From: the human T2T-CHM13v2.0 reference genome, Homo sapiens | Assembly: GCF_009914755.1 (NCBI RefSeq) | Contig: NC_060938.1 | Strand: one strand, 5' to 3' | Length of the DNA: 64,000 nt | In this document: in pieces, positions 17,541-30,755 of the stretch | Layout of the letters: every line of letters begins with the position of its first letter | Numbering within the stretch: the first letter of the stretch is position 1 | Notes under the pieces: model-generated | Seen by the model: only the letters and a program-made list of their open reading frames with translations | Databases searched by the model: none | Told to the model about the DNA's origin: nothing | Program-made: the position numbers and the translations under genes

Positions 17541-20500
17541 TGGTAACTACTACAATGAGTAAGGCATTAAACTACTTTTATACATATAATCTTTTAAACT
17601 AAAAGAACAAAAAAGAATTTATTTAAATAGAAGCATTAACATAGCTGAGATAGAAAATTAATATGTACACAGGAAGAAAACAAACCTACAAATGCAAATT
17701 GCCTGAAATGATTCATAATTTATGTTAATAGAAAGCAATTAATAAAAATTATTTATCACAATAATTTCTAAGCAATGCACATATTTAATTATTTTAGTTT
17801 AAGGCCATCAAGTAATTAATAAATTATTTTTAATTAAAATTAATTACTTTTAAATCTTGTTGAGTGTTTCTTTTAAAAAACGTTATAGTACCCCTTGCTT
17901 GTGGCACGATATAGCCCTGTGAGCAGCCAATCCAGGACATACTAGGCATTTTAGTAAGCCTGGTTTGTATCCCCAAAGTTAAGACCCTGAAATTGTGTTC
18001 AGACCCATTCCAGCAGAAGAGATGGCTTTAATCTAGAACTTTGTGTAATCTGGAGGGCCCCAGGCAACTGGTTGAGCAGTAGCAGTACAGGCTGATGATT
18101 GCTTTTGTGCTCTGTGGGAGGCATAGCCCAAAAAGAGCTGGGTAACTCAGGTTTTCAGGAAAGTAATTTTGGGACAAGGGTTGCCCGAACTCTTAGCATG
18201 TAGTTAGTTAACCATGCTCAATAGCTCTGAGCAAGCCAGGTATTTCCCAACTGATAAATGATAAAACATAGATCAAGGTATAATTCCATGCCTGCCCTAG
18301 AGTGAGCACAATGATGATGATAATGATGATGATGATGGTAATCAGGCTACTGGACTTATCTGGTGAGGTTGACTTTCACCTTCTAATAGCAGAGAGTCAA
18401 AACCTGAGTTTAAATTGTGTTCCCTACTAGGCCAGGTCTGGTAGACCACCTTAATCTCAATGATGACCTGAGATAGTGGCTGGGAAGACAATTAAGCACT
18501 TGAGTTTGATGCAGGAGTGGTGGTTCACAAGGGTGAGAATTACAGCACTGTTTATTTTAGGATAAACAACTGATACAACTGAACTCTTTCCCTTACAGTG
18601 CTAGTTAAATAAGTTGTTATAGTGAATGGAATAGCATATGGTAGATTAAAAGAATGAGGTAGATCTATGTGTACTGACCTAGGAACATCTCTAGAACATG
18701 GTCTTAATTAAGCGAGAAGCAAATTTCAAGCAATCTACAAAGTAAGATCATTATGAAAAAGAGTTGAATACTAGGAGAAAACCACCCAAATTTGTTCAAT
18801 TCAGTCAACTTAGTTCAATCTAATTATTTAAACAGTCCTTTATTCCTTTTTTTTAAAAAAAATTACCAATCATTCAGATTTCTCCTCCGTTTCTCTTCTA
18901 CTCCCCAAGGTGGTGATTGTGTATATAGGGCATTTGCCAGGTCCTTTTGCTGAGGAGGGGCAGTGGGCCTTGTGTCCCTACTGTGCTTGTGGGCCTCCCT
19001 TTAGTCCTTGCTAGTCTATGTTAAGATGATTCCCTTATATTTCTGGCCACTGCTCACTCTACTAGAATCTGTGGCTGAACTTGGCCTCTGGTGAATTCTA
19101 GATTTCTTCTTCCAGCTTAGTGAGGAACCTATGGTCTTCAGTGGTGTGTTGAGTGCTAGGTGCCCCCTAGAAGTCTGGTTGTGATCTTAATTGGTTCCCA
19201 GTGAGGGAAATCTGCCTTGTGGTTCCAAGCCACAGGGTCACCACTGGCCCTGTTGAGACAGCTACCATGGGCTTGCCAGCCTGCACCACCACTTACTCTT
19301 CGTGGGCACATGGAAACTTTTGAACTGTTAGGTAGCTTTGATTTCACATGTGAGCAGAAGGAGACGCTGAACTTAGAATTTTCTTTTGCTTAACCAGGTT
19401 GCAACCATTGAGAGTCCTGTTTGAGGAAGCAGGGAAAAGCCTCTTAAACTCTTGCAATTCCAACATAATAGGAATTGCAATCATTTACTGAATATAAATA
19501 TTTGTTTCCCTTATACCAAATTTACATTCTATTGTTTTGTTTCTGTACCTTTCTGTAAATGCAATTTTTAAAAAACCCATTCACAATCTTAGTGTCATCT
19601 TTTTGAAGATAATTTAAGTTGCAATTAAATTCAACCTGGAAGAAGACAATTAAATTTGAGAAGCAGGGAGAAAATGAATTGGGTTTTGAGGTGCTGTTGA
19701 TGGGGGCCACTGGCAGCAAAGGCCAGACTGAGGTATCTTACCTGACTTTGTGGGCAACAGAAGCGCTGGCAGTTAATATCTTTGAAGAAAGACTGAAAAA
19801 GAAAAGAAGAAATCCAAGGACATCTCATATGGTAGGTGCCTGGACCACTCTTACTTTCTGTCTTCCTTCAGGGTTAAGCCTGAATGTCCTGTCCCCAAGA
19901 AAACTTTACCTAACCCACTAGGAATTTGGTTAGGTCTTCTATTAGGTTCTTATCCTATCATAGCAGATAGCATAAGTTTTAAAATGGCTGTTTTAACTGT
20001 GTATCTTCTTACTAGAAAGAAAACCCCATGAGGGTCTGTCTTATTCACCATTGGATCACTCTGCCTGGAATAGTGCCTGGTCGATAGTCAGCATTTAGTA
20101 TACATGTGTTGAAAAGAAGAAAGAAAGGAGGAAGAAAGAAAGGAAGGAAAGAGAGGAAACAAAGTAATATGCTTGTTGAAGGTGCCAATAAATAATTGAT
20201 TGGGTTGGGGACTGATATGGTTTGGCTGTGTCCCCACCCAAATCTCATCTTGAATTCCCATGTTGTGGAAGGGACCCAGTGGGAGGTAATTGAATCATGG
20301 AGACAGGTCATTCCCATGCTTTTCTTGTAATAGTGAATAAGTCTCACGAGATCTGATGGTATTATAAGGGGGAGTTTCCCTGCACAAGCTCTTTTTTTGC
20401 CTGCTGCCATCCATGTAAGACATGACTTACTCCTCCTAACCTCTGCCATGATTGTGAGGCCTCTCCAGCCATGTGGAACTGTAAGTCCATTAAACCTCTT

Positions 20501-20953
20501 TTTCTTCTCAGTCTTGGGTATGTCTTTATCAGCAGCATGAAAATGGACTGATAGAGGAAATTGGTGTTGGGAGTGGGGCTTTGCTGAAAAGATACCTAAA
20601 AATGTGGAGGTGACTTTGGAACTGGGTAGCAGGCAGAGGTTGGAACTGTTTGGAGGGCTCAGAAGAAGACAGGAAAAAGTGGGAAGGTTTGAAATTCCCT
20701 AGAGATTTGTTGAATGGTTTTGACCAAAATGCTAATAATGATATGGACAATAAGGTCCAGGCTGAGGTGGTCTCAGATGGAGATGAGGAACTTGTTGGGA
20801 ACTGGAGCAAAGGTAACTCTTGTTATGTTTTAGCAAAGCGACTGGTGGCATTTTGCCCCTGCCCTACAGATTTGTGGAACTTTGAACTTGGGAGAGATGT
20901 TTTAGGGTATCTGGTGGAAGAAATTTCTAAGCAGCAAAGCATTCAAGAGGTGA

Positions 20954-21378
<425 letters not shown>

Positions 21379-22336
21379 AGAGTATTCAGTTTCAAAAGGG
21401 AAACAGAGCATGAAAGTTTGGAAAATTAGTAGCCTGACAATGTGATAGAAAAGAAAATCTCATTTTCTGAGGAGAAATTCAAGCTGGCTGCAGAAACTTG
21501 TATAAGTAACGAGGAGCCGAATGTTAATTCCCAAGACAAAGGGGAAAATGTCTCCAGGGCATGTCAGAGACCTTTGTGTCAGCCCCTCTCCTCACAGGCC
21601 TAGAGGCCTAGGAGAAAAAAATGGTTTCCTGGGCCAGACCCAGGGTCCCTCTGCTGGGTGCAGTCTAGGGACTTGGTGCCCTGTGTCCCAGCCACTCCAG
21701 CCATGGCTGAAAGGGGCCAACACAGAGCTTGAGCTGTGGCTTCAGAGGGTGCAAGCCCCAAGCCTTGGCAGCTTCCACGTGATGTTGAGCCTGTGAGTAC
21801 ACAGAAGTCAAGAACTGGAGTTTGGGAACCTCTGCCCAGATTTCAGAAGATGTATGGAAATGCCCAGATGTCCAGGCATAAGTTTGCTGCAGGGGCAGGG
21901 CCCTCATGGAGAACCTCTGCTAGGGCAGTGCTGAAGGGAAATGTGGGGTTGGAGCCCCCACACAGAGTCCCTACTGGAGCACCACATAGTGGAGCTGTGA
22001 GAAGAGGGCCACTGTCCTCCAGACTGCAGAATGATAGATCCACTGACAGCTTGCACTGTTCACCTGGAAAAGCTGCAGACACCCAATGCCAGCCCATGAA
22101 AGCAGCCAGGAGGGAGGCTCTACCCCACAGAGCTATAGGAGCAAAGCTGCCCAAGACCATGGGAAACCACCTCTTGGATCAGCGTGACCCAGATGTGACA
22201 TATGGCGTCAAAGGAGATCATTTTGGAGCTTTAATGTTTGACTCTCCTGCTGGATTTAAGACTTGCATGGGGCCTCTACCTCCTTTGTTTTGGCCAATTT
22301 CTCCCATTTAGAATGGCTATATTTACCCAATGCCTG

Positions 22337-22512
22337 TGTATTAGTCAGCATTCTCTAGAGGGACAGAGCTAATAGGATATATATATAAAAAATATATTTA
22401 TATATAATATATATACAAAATATATATAATATATTTTTATATATATAAACTCTATATAAAGGGGAGTTTATTAAGTATTATATAAGTATTTATTAAGTAT
22501 TATAAATATTAT
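22337..22512 (-). mobile_element. MLT2A-like (HERV-L LTR) terminal fragment with (TA)n, inside THE1-int
   Basis: TGTATTAGTCAGCATTCTCTAGAGGGACAGAGCTAATAGGATATATAT...TAAAGGGGAGTTTATTAAGTATTA matches the recalled reverse MLT2A end. Confidence 0.8.
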
Positions 22513-23098
22513 ATTTGGAATGGCTGTATTTACCCAATACCTGTACCCCCATTGTATGTAGGAAGTAACTAGCTTGTTTTTGATTTTACAGGCTCATAGG
22601 TGGAAGGGACTTGCCTTGTTTCAGATAAGACTGTGGACTTTTGGGTTAATGCTGAAATGAGTTAAGACTTTGGGGGACTGTCAGGAAGGCATAATTGGTT
22701 TTGAAATGTGAAGACATGAGATTTGGAGGGGCCAGGGGTGGAATGATATGGTTTGGCTCATTGTCTCTACCCAAATCTCATCTTGAATTATACTCCCATA
22801 ATTCCCACGTATTGTGGGTGGGACCCGGTGGGAGATAATTTGAATCATGGGGGCAGTTTCCCCCATACTGTTCTTGTGGTAGTGAATAAGTCTTATGAGA
22901 TCTGATGGTTTTATCAGGGGTTTCCGCTGCATCTTCCTCATTTTTCTCTTGCCACCACCATGTAAGAACTGCCTTTTGCCTCCCGCCATGATTCTGAGGC
23001 CTCCCAGCCATGTGGAACTGTAAGTCCAATTAAACCTTTTTTTATTTCCAGTCTCACATATATCTTTATCAGCAGCATGAAAATGAACTAATACACAG

Positions 23099-23607
23099 TG
23101 TGAAAGGAAATTAAATTTTGGGACCCTAAACTCATTTAGTCAAAGGGAAAGTGAAGCTAGGAACTGTGTCATGCAAACCTGCCTCCTGCTTTGGTTCCTA
23201 AATAAGATGGCTACAAGATGAAAAGCTACCGCCTCCCTCATATTTTGCCCACAAGGAAATTCCTGGTGAGCTCTTAAAACTTCACCATGGCAATGCAAAT
23301 TGGTAGCTTATCTTTACAGGTGCAGTCACCCTGGACCCACCAGACACAAATGCATATCTGATTGTTCCCCTATCCCATTTTGTCTGTGTCATCTTATGTA
23401 AAATGCAGATACTGCACATTTTTCCTCTGCCCCTTTTGTTTATGTGAAAACTATGTGCTTCTCAATATCCCGCCCTTTCCCCTTTAAATTGGAGCCCTCA
23501 AAATCATCTTTGGAGAAAGGCATAGACCTGTCTCCTGAGTGCAGCTTTAACTTTGGCAAATCTCCTAAAATGATTGAGATTTGTCTTGTCATTTTCTTCA
23601 GTTGACA
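23099..23607 (+). mobile_element. MER4A-type solo LTR (ERV1)
   Basis: TGTGAAAGGAAATTAAATTTTGGGACCCTAAACTC...GTTGACA with TG...CA termini. Confidence 0.85.
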
Positions 23608-23609
23608 GC

Positions 23610-23731
23610 AGTAACCCTTCCCTGTTTTCCTTATTCCCAAACTTGAGATCTTGGGATCATCTTTCAAATAAATTATCTGCCCCCAAGTCCGTGTCTCATG
23701 ATCTGCTTTTGGGGAAACCCAAACTAAACCA
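23610..23731 (+). mobile_element. ERVL LTR16-like 3' fragment
   Basis: AAATAAATTATCTGCCCCCAAGTCCGTGTCTCATGATCTGCTTTTGGGGAAACCCAAACTAA. Confidence 0.55.
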
Positions 23732-23926
23732 CTAGGCATGCTGTTTCTTGCCCTGTTCCCTTCCAATGTCTATGTGGGAGCAAGATTTAATATAAATTAA
23801 AACGTAAGTCAGACAATGTCACTCCACCACTATAACCCTTAAAGAGATTGCCATGTCACTTAGAATCAAACCTAGACTTTTTACCATGGCCTACCAGCCC
23901 CCTCCAATAGTATCTCCCTCACTCCC

Positions 23927-24287
23927 TGCTATGGCCTCAAAGTTTGCGTATCCTCAAAATTCATACTGAAATCTTAATCCTTAAGATGATGGTATTAGGA
24001 GATGGGACCTTTTGGGAAGTAAGTAGATCATGGGAGCAAAGCCTTTATAAATGAAATTAGTTCCCTTATAAAAGAGGCCTGAGAGGGACTCCTTATCCTT
24101 TCCACCAGGTAAGGACATAGTAAGAATGTGCCATCTGTGAACCAGGATATGGGGTTCTTGGCAGATACTGACTCTGCCTGCGCCTTGATCTGGGACTTCC
24201 CAGCCTCCAGAACTGTGAGAAATAAATTTCTGTTGTTTTATACCAGTTTATGGTTTTTTTTAATAGCAGTCCAAGTGGACTAAGATA
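23927..24287 (+). mobile_element. MLT1A-type solo LTR inserted in L2-derived sequence
   Basis: TGCTATGG...GACTTCCCAGCCTCCAGAACTGTGAGAAATAAATTTCTGTTG...GACTAAGATA; flanks CTCCC / CTCAC. Confidence 0.85.
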
Positions 24288-24389
24288 CTCACTCCAGCTA
24301 GAGAGTAGTCTTCTATCTGTGCTTTAAACAGGCCACACTCAGACCCCTTGGTACTTCTAGATCTTCCTCTATACACAAATCTAATTATG

Positions 24390-24855
24390 CTTCCCCTGAC
24401 TTCACTCTGCTCAAAACTTTCTGGTGGTTCCTAAATCTCTGCACCAAGGCAAAGCTGTCTCCATGTCTTGCCCTTTTCTCTCTCTCCTCTTTTGTCCCTC
24501 TCTTTGTCCCTTTGTGTGCCAGTTTCTCAGCACACTCTGCTATTTCTTCCATTGGTACCTTTGCTCATGTTCTTCACTTTAAAACCCTTTAACCTTGAAT
24601 ACTTACCTTCTTCTGGAAGCCATTTCCTAAACCACATATTGAGCTAAGAGTCCCTCCTCTGGACTCCCACACTGTGAATACCATTTTATTTGGTCACTTA
24701 CCACACTGAGTTGAAGTAATCTTTAGATAGATATCTTTCCTACTGACTATAAAATCCTTGAGGACAAGGAAGATCTATATTTTCTTCATCTTCGCATCCC
24801 TGGTGTTTAGCAGAATCGGGTGTATTTTTGATATCTATGTTAAGTGGAATTAAAC
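24390..24855 (+). mobile_element. L2 fragment
   Basis: CTCTGCTCAAAACTTTCTGGTGGTTCC, CCTTTGCTCATGTTCTTC and GACTATAAAATCCTTGAGGACAAGGA are L2 3' motifs. Confidence 0.65.
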
Positions 24856-25383
24856 AGAACTAAAGCGAGATTGGGAAGCCATGACAGAGGAAGAATCACA
24901 CAGCAGGTTGCTACTTCCAGAAAGGCAAAATATCCCCTGGTCTAGGGAGAATCATGGGTAACCCCTGGAGAGAGGCCTTTTTGAGTAATCCCAGGGATGG
25001 TAATGCATTTGGTGCCATGTGGTGTTCAACCAAGGTCCTCAGCTACAGCATTCGCAGGCAGTACTGGCAAGCTCATGCTGTGCCCCTTTGCCTGTGAGCA
25101 GGCTGGGGTCCTGGATAGCTCCAACCCCTCCTCTCATCCTCTGGGAGTCAACTGGTAGAGAAAGGAGGAGGAAGTACCTCATTGGCAGTCAACAGTATAT
25201 GCAAAAGCACGGAGGCCTACTACCACTGGGAAAAGATTCATAGCTCTATTTGACTGAGAAGAGAATTCAGGATGAGGAGTGGGAAATGAAGCTGGAAAAT
25301 TCACACTATTAATTTTCATAATAACTACAGTTTATTGAATATTTACTAGGTATAGGTACTGGGCCAAGGGCTTTAAGGTTGAC

Positions 25384-25937
25384 TGCATTTTGTCCTCCCA
25401 GCCACACTGCCGGTGACTTGCTTTTTGCCCTGATATTTCCCCCCTGCCCTCCCCTGGCCCTGCTAGGTGTCACAGGAGATTACAGTTCCCAGGCTTTGTT
25501 GTAAACTGGTTTCCAGTGGGCTTGGTCAAAGGAAGACACTGGTGGGAGACTAGAAAGAAGGAAGAGGGGAGAAGTAAGAATGTTTCTTCCTTTTCTTCAG
25601 CCTCTGGGGAGGTCTTCGACAGCAGGTGCATCCCGTCTCATGTCCCAGCTCCTGCCTGGCAGCTTGCTCCCCTGTTCTGGCTGCTGGCCCAGCTCCTGCC
25701 AGGCAGGCTCACTATGGTCCTGCTAGGTGGAGAGGGACCCCATGCTCCAGAGCTATGTTCGTCTAGTTCTAGGAATGGTAGTGGCTTTCTGTTGTTGCAA
25801 ACCTCTGCGTTGCCTTGCTGTCCCCTGTTTGACTGCTCAGCCCTTCTGTCACCTGTTTAACTCATGTGCTGTATTAAATTTCTGCTCTTTGAAATACTGG
25901 AGTGGTTTCAGTTTTCCTGACTAGACTCTGACAGAAT
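25384..25937 (+). mobile_element. LTR33-like ERVL solo LTR within a MIR
   Basis: GGAAGACACTGGTGGGAGACTAGA and the end ATTAAATTTCTGCTCTTTGAAATACTGGAGTGGTTTCAGTTTTCCTGACTAGACTCTGAC; MIR motifs flank both sides. Confidence 0.7.
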
Positions 25938-26959
25938 CTCTAAGGGAGGCAGACACTATTTATAATCTATTTGGGTGAGGAAGCTGAGGCTTGGGAAAGT
26001 CAAGTGACCAGCTCCAGGTTTTACAACTAATGAGTGAGGGAGGGTAGGCTGTGCCAACTGGGAAATGACCTTGGATACCAGGAATAAGGTTTGATCCTGC
26101 AGGAGGTGGAGATCAACAAAGACTTTACTCTGAAGTGACATAATCAGAGCTGTGTTTTAGAAAGGGCACTCTAGCAGAATCATCTCCAACATGGTGGCTT
26201 ATCTTGGCCAAACTACCCCAGTTTTCATACAGATCTAAATTGCAAAAAGGCACAAAATGCCTTGATTGACCTTCTTTCTGTTCTTTTTGTTTTCTTAAGT
26301 TGTGTGCTATATTTTTCTGCAGATTTAGCTAAGAATCACTTCACTAATGAAAAACCTTCTGTGCCTCAAACCTGACTTTTTACCACGTGCGCAACTAAAT
26401 ACCTTTAAAGAGACTGCTTTCAAGTCCCTGTATATTCTATCATAGTTTGTAAAAACTTCTTTCCTTAGAGTTCTTTGGGCCAAAGGGTGTACAAAATGAA
26501 TCCATGAAGTGTACATTATTCATGAGAATATAAGATTTATTCCACACATTTACACAAATAAATGAGACAAAATTATGTTTTAATATGTACTTAATTATGT
26601 CTTACGGATGTGCCTGAATTACCAATAAGTTCAATATAATAATGTAGGCAATCTAAAAATTTGCCACTCCTAATGTATCTTATTATGGAAACTTTTTTTA
26701 AATGTGTTTAGATTCAGCCAGTTAAAAATAACTCTTGATCTTATAAAGTGTAAATAGTCCATATTTCTTTATTTGAATAAAACTAGACTCATACACTTGT
26801 AGAATGCATAGTATTATACAAAATGCAGGTATTGATTAATTTGCAAAACTGAAAAATTAAAAATAATGTGTATAATCTTTCAATGCCTGTTGGTATGAAA
26901 ATTCACTCTTGCATTTTACATTTTTGGTGAAAGATCTTGTGCACTCATGAGAACCTGCA

Positions 26960-27170
26960 TGTATGGTGATTAAGAGCATGGATTCTGGACCCCAGGTGTG
27001 AATTCAGACAACCTACTCATCAGCAAGTTGTAATTTGACCTTGACTTAACCTCTCTGCCCTCATGTGTAAAACGAGCATAAGGATAACATCTACATTATA
27101 AGGTTGTTGTGAAGATGAAATGAGTTAATGTGTATGAAACATTTAGAGTTGTGTCCAGCATAGAGTCAGC
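26960..27170 (+). mobile_element. MIR
   Basis: GGTGATTAAGAGCATGGATTCTGGA...ACTTAACCTCTCTG...AGGTTGTTGTGAAGATGAAATGAGTTAATG. Confidence 0.8.
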
Positions 27171-27599
27171 ATGAGTCATTATTCCTAATCAGCCCATGAT
27201 TTGGCATTAGAAATTTTTATTCCTACCACATAAATTAAAAAATGTGGGAGCATTAATATACTTATGGGAGGAAAGATGGTGATATATAATACATTTTCCA
27301 AGCCCCAACTTGTAATATTAAACTATGTAAGCTTCATTTTAGTGGATACCAGCATCATCCATTCCTCCCTGCAATTGGAATGGGAGTCCTTAGACTCCAA
27401 GTCACTTGTGGTTGTTAATGCCATGAAGGCAAGCTTCAAAATTTGCAGTCAAAGAGAGGGTGAGGAAGGGTTGGAGACTCTGAGTACTTGGCATGTGGAA
27501 GCTGGGAGAGGGCATTGGGGACCTCCTGTGAGATGCTTGCTCCCAGGCTTATTTCTTGGTAGGCGTCTTTCTTTTCTCCAGTGGCGCAAGAGACAGAGC

Positions 27600-28430
27600 T
27601 GCCTACTTCTACTCCTTCCGGTACTACTCATTATTTCTGATCAGGGATTCTTGTCCTAGCCCAATATGGAACACAATATAGTCTACAGGTTGTCTCCATT
27701 CCTTTGAGGAAAACACACATTCATTTTTGGGATTTCTAAGCTTTAGAAAACATGCTGATAGTAGAGAAAAAGCAGGGAGTCAAAGCAGAATGTGGGGCTC
27801 CGCTCTTGTTCTCCCTTGCCTGGGATTCCTCCTCACTTCACAAAAGCTGTGGTTGCTCTATATTCTGTCCTCTGGCTTCTCACAGCAGAAGGATCGCAGG
27901 CTTTCTATTGGAATTTTAGCCACTCCAAAGGGATCTGTCTGGTGTTTTTCCACCAGCTAGGTAGAAATGGTAAAAAACAAAAAACAAAAAGCAAAAAAAC
28001 CCAAAAAACCAAAAAACAAAAACTGGGCAGCTAGGTGCCAGTGCTTCCTTCCAAGTGTTGACTTGAGTCCCCTTTTGGTAACTCTCCAGTGCTTGCAGGC
28101 TGCAGGTAGTTGGTTTTTATAATTTGTTCAGAGTTTAGAGCTGTTATCTCTGAAATCTTTGATGTGACAGAAATTTACTTGGCCAGTAACAGAAATGAAA
28201 CCCCTGTATTTGACCTAAAATTAAAAATCCATTCAGTGAGTTCTTAATATCATTGATTGCATTTTTTTCAGTTGTAAAATTTCACAGTTCTTTCAAAATG
28301 GTTGAATTTAACTGCTAAAATTCTCAATTTCATATTTTAATTTCCTGAATATATTAATCATAATTATTTTAAACTTTCTATCTGATACTTTCTTTATTGA
28401 ACACATTATGGATTTATTTTGTTTTTCTTT
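27600..28430 (-). mobile_element. Ancient L1 (L1M-type) 5'/ORF1-region fragments
   Basis: T-rich degenerate sequence with TGTTCAGAGTTTAGAGCTGTTATCT...GCCAGTAACAGAAATG and CAGTGAGTTCTTAAT...TTTTCAGTTGTAAAATTTC motifs. Confidence 0.45.
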
Positions 28431-28509
28431 TAAAGTAAAATTACAATTTCACCATCAATTAAAATTACAAGACCAGACATGGAAGAGGGAATACAGTCCA
28501 TTTCTTGAT

Positions 28510-29330
28510 TTTACTTATCTTGCTAGCTGTAACCCCAATTTATTTGCTTCCCTTTGCACAGTATCTCTGAAATAATTATTTATTCTTATTTTTTCCATTA
28601 TCTTTATTCACTTGTTCATTAAACTTAGTCTGAGTAGACATTCTCTCCTGGCCCTTTACAGAAATGATTTTTATATGTTATTAATGGCCTCCACATTGCT
28701 AAATCCAATGGTTATTTGTCAGTTCTCATCTTATTTGACCTGTCAGTTGATGATTCCTTCCTCCTTAATTCACTTTCTTTACTTGGCTACCAGAACACTG
28801 AAACTCTTAACTTTACTGCTCACTGGTTGCTCCCTTTCTTTCTCCTTTACTGCTTTTTCATTGCCTGTCCTTCCTTCCTCCCTCCCTCCCTCCCTTCCTC
28901 CCTCCCTCCCTCCCTCCCTCCTTCTCCTCCTGCTCCTCCTCCTCCTCCTCTCTCCCTCTTTCTTTCTTTTTCTTATCCTGGATTGACCTAGTTCTAAGTT
29001 CTTGATACTCCTCTCTTCTGTAGATGCACTTACTACCTTGGTGATCTCAACATGTCTCATAGTTTTAAATGCCATCTATACATTATAACTTCCAAATTTC
29101 TATCTCCAGTCCAGATATCTCTTCTAAATTCTAGACTCATGTATTCAACTCTCCATTTGATATTTATGCTTGGATGTAAAATAGGCATCTCAAACTTAGT
29201 ATGTCCAAAGCTGGGCTCCTAATCTTCTCCCCGACAAGACTAACTCCATCAACAGATTTCTCCATCTTAGTTTATGACATCTTCACTATTCCAGTGTCTT
29301 GGCTAAAATCCTCATAGTCATTGTTTTTTT
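28510..29330 (+). mobile_element. L2 fragment containing a CT-rich simple repeat (28868-28972)
   Basis: CCACATTGCTAAATCCAATGG...TCAGTTCTCATCTTATTTGACC; GGCATCTCAAACTTAGTATGTCCAAA. Confidence 0.8.
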
Positions 29331-29339
29331 CTCTTTAAT

Positions 29340-29550
29340 TAGTTAATTTAAAAAATCTTTATAGAGATATAATTTACATTCCATGAGGTTTACTCACTTA
29401 AAGTGTACAATTCAGTGTCTTACAATATATTTAGAGTTGTATAGCCATCAGCACAATCTAATTTAGGGCATTCTCATCACTCTGAGAAGAAATCTTACGC
29501 TCATTAGCAGTCCCTCCCCATTCCCTGCCTACCCTCCACCCCAGTCTGTT
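29340..29550 (-). mobile_element. L1MB-type 3' end fragment
   Basis: GAGATATAATTTACATTCCAT...TTAAAGTGTACAATTCAGTG. Confidence 0.7.
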
Positions 29551-30604
29551 TCTTTTTATCTGCTTTTGTTTACTCTGGGTTTTAAATCATGTTGTCTTTT
29601 TGTACACTTTTAAAAATAGGAGTGTCAAACATTGCGTATGAAAACCCAGTAAAGGTAATTTCAGATTCCTTACAATGGCATCTTACTCTAGAGAGGATTT
29701 CTGGTGTGCAGCTAGCTATGGCACTAGCAATCAAAGCAGTTCACCACACTCTAATCAGGACTGAATGATTCGAATTTGGTTTTCAGTTCCTTTGAGGACT
29801 GGTCTAGTTATAGTTCAGTTACCCTAGAACGTAGCTCTTTGGTATCATTCACGTAAATCTGTTATACTTGCCAGGGTCTTTCTGCCTGTGGACCATGAAT
29901 CCTTCTGGCTTATGAGTTTACTGAAGTTGTGGAGGGGGAAAAATTCCCTCTACCTTATTACATTAAGTAATTGGGGGCATGTGAATTAAACTGACAAGAC
30001 AGGTTTGCAAGGAAAAAAGTTCATTTATGTGTGCAATGTGGATGCAGACAGGAGTGCTCAATGATGAGTAACTCAGAGGGGAGATTAGAATTTGATGTTG
30101 ATATATCTAACTTAGGAGGGGAAAGGGAGTAGGGAGAAAAGGTTCCTATGGGAAGAACAAATAGGTTCCTTTAAGAAAGACAAATGGGTTTTTAGAACAA
30201 ATGAGAGATAAGAAAACTTCTGATGCTTATTTATGCAGACTGGTCTGTCTTCTTCAGGGCCACGAAAATCCCTGGAGAAGGGATTTATGGTGGGATTACT
30301 TTTGATCTCTCTCCTAGGAATAGACAACTTGAAGAGAAAATTTATAGCATTTCTTATTTCTCAGAAAATTCTGCTTTTAGTCAGATTATAAGAGCTCTGA
30401 TAAGTCTTCTTTCTGCATTTTTTGAATCTCAGATATCTCCAGTTTAAAATAACCTTTTTAAAGAAAACATTTACTTTAGGTTCTGGGGTACATGTGAAGG
30501 TTTGTTGCATAGGTAACTCATGTCACAGGGGTTTGTTGTACAGATTATTTATTTTATAACCCAGGAATTAAGCCCAGTACCCAATAGTTATTCAATAGTT
30601 ATCT

Positions 30605-30755
30605 TTTTTTTTTTTATTAAGAAAAATTTAAAAAACATAAAGACAGGGTCTCGCTGTGTTTCCCAGGCTGGTCTTGAACTCCTAGGCTCAAGCCATCTTC
30701 TTGCCTTAGCCTCCCAAAGTGCTGGGATTACGGGTGTGAGCCAGAGCACCTGGCC
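30605..30755 (-). mobile_element. FLAM-type Alu monomer
   Basis: Left arm only, GACAGGGTCTCGCTGTGTTTCCCAGGCTGG...CCTGGCC; TSD TAGTTATCTTTT. Confidence 0.85.

Noticed and set aside
17810-17849. 11-bp inverted repeat AAGTAATTAAT / ATTAATTACTT
   Set aside because: Very AT-rich low-complexity context; expected by chance.
21736-22311. 191-aa ORF as a host gene
   Set aside because: It is a fragment of the THE1 internal ORF, which is interrupted upstream by an Alu and stops.
28612-29075. Leu/Pro- and Arg/Glu-rich ORFs
   Set aside because: Translation of a CT-rich simple repeat inside L2.
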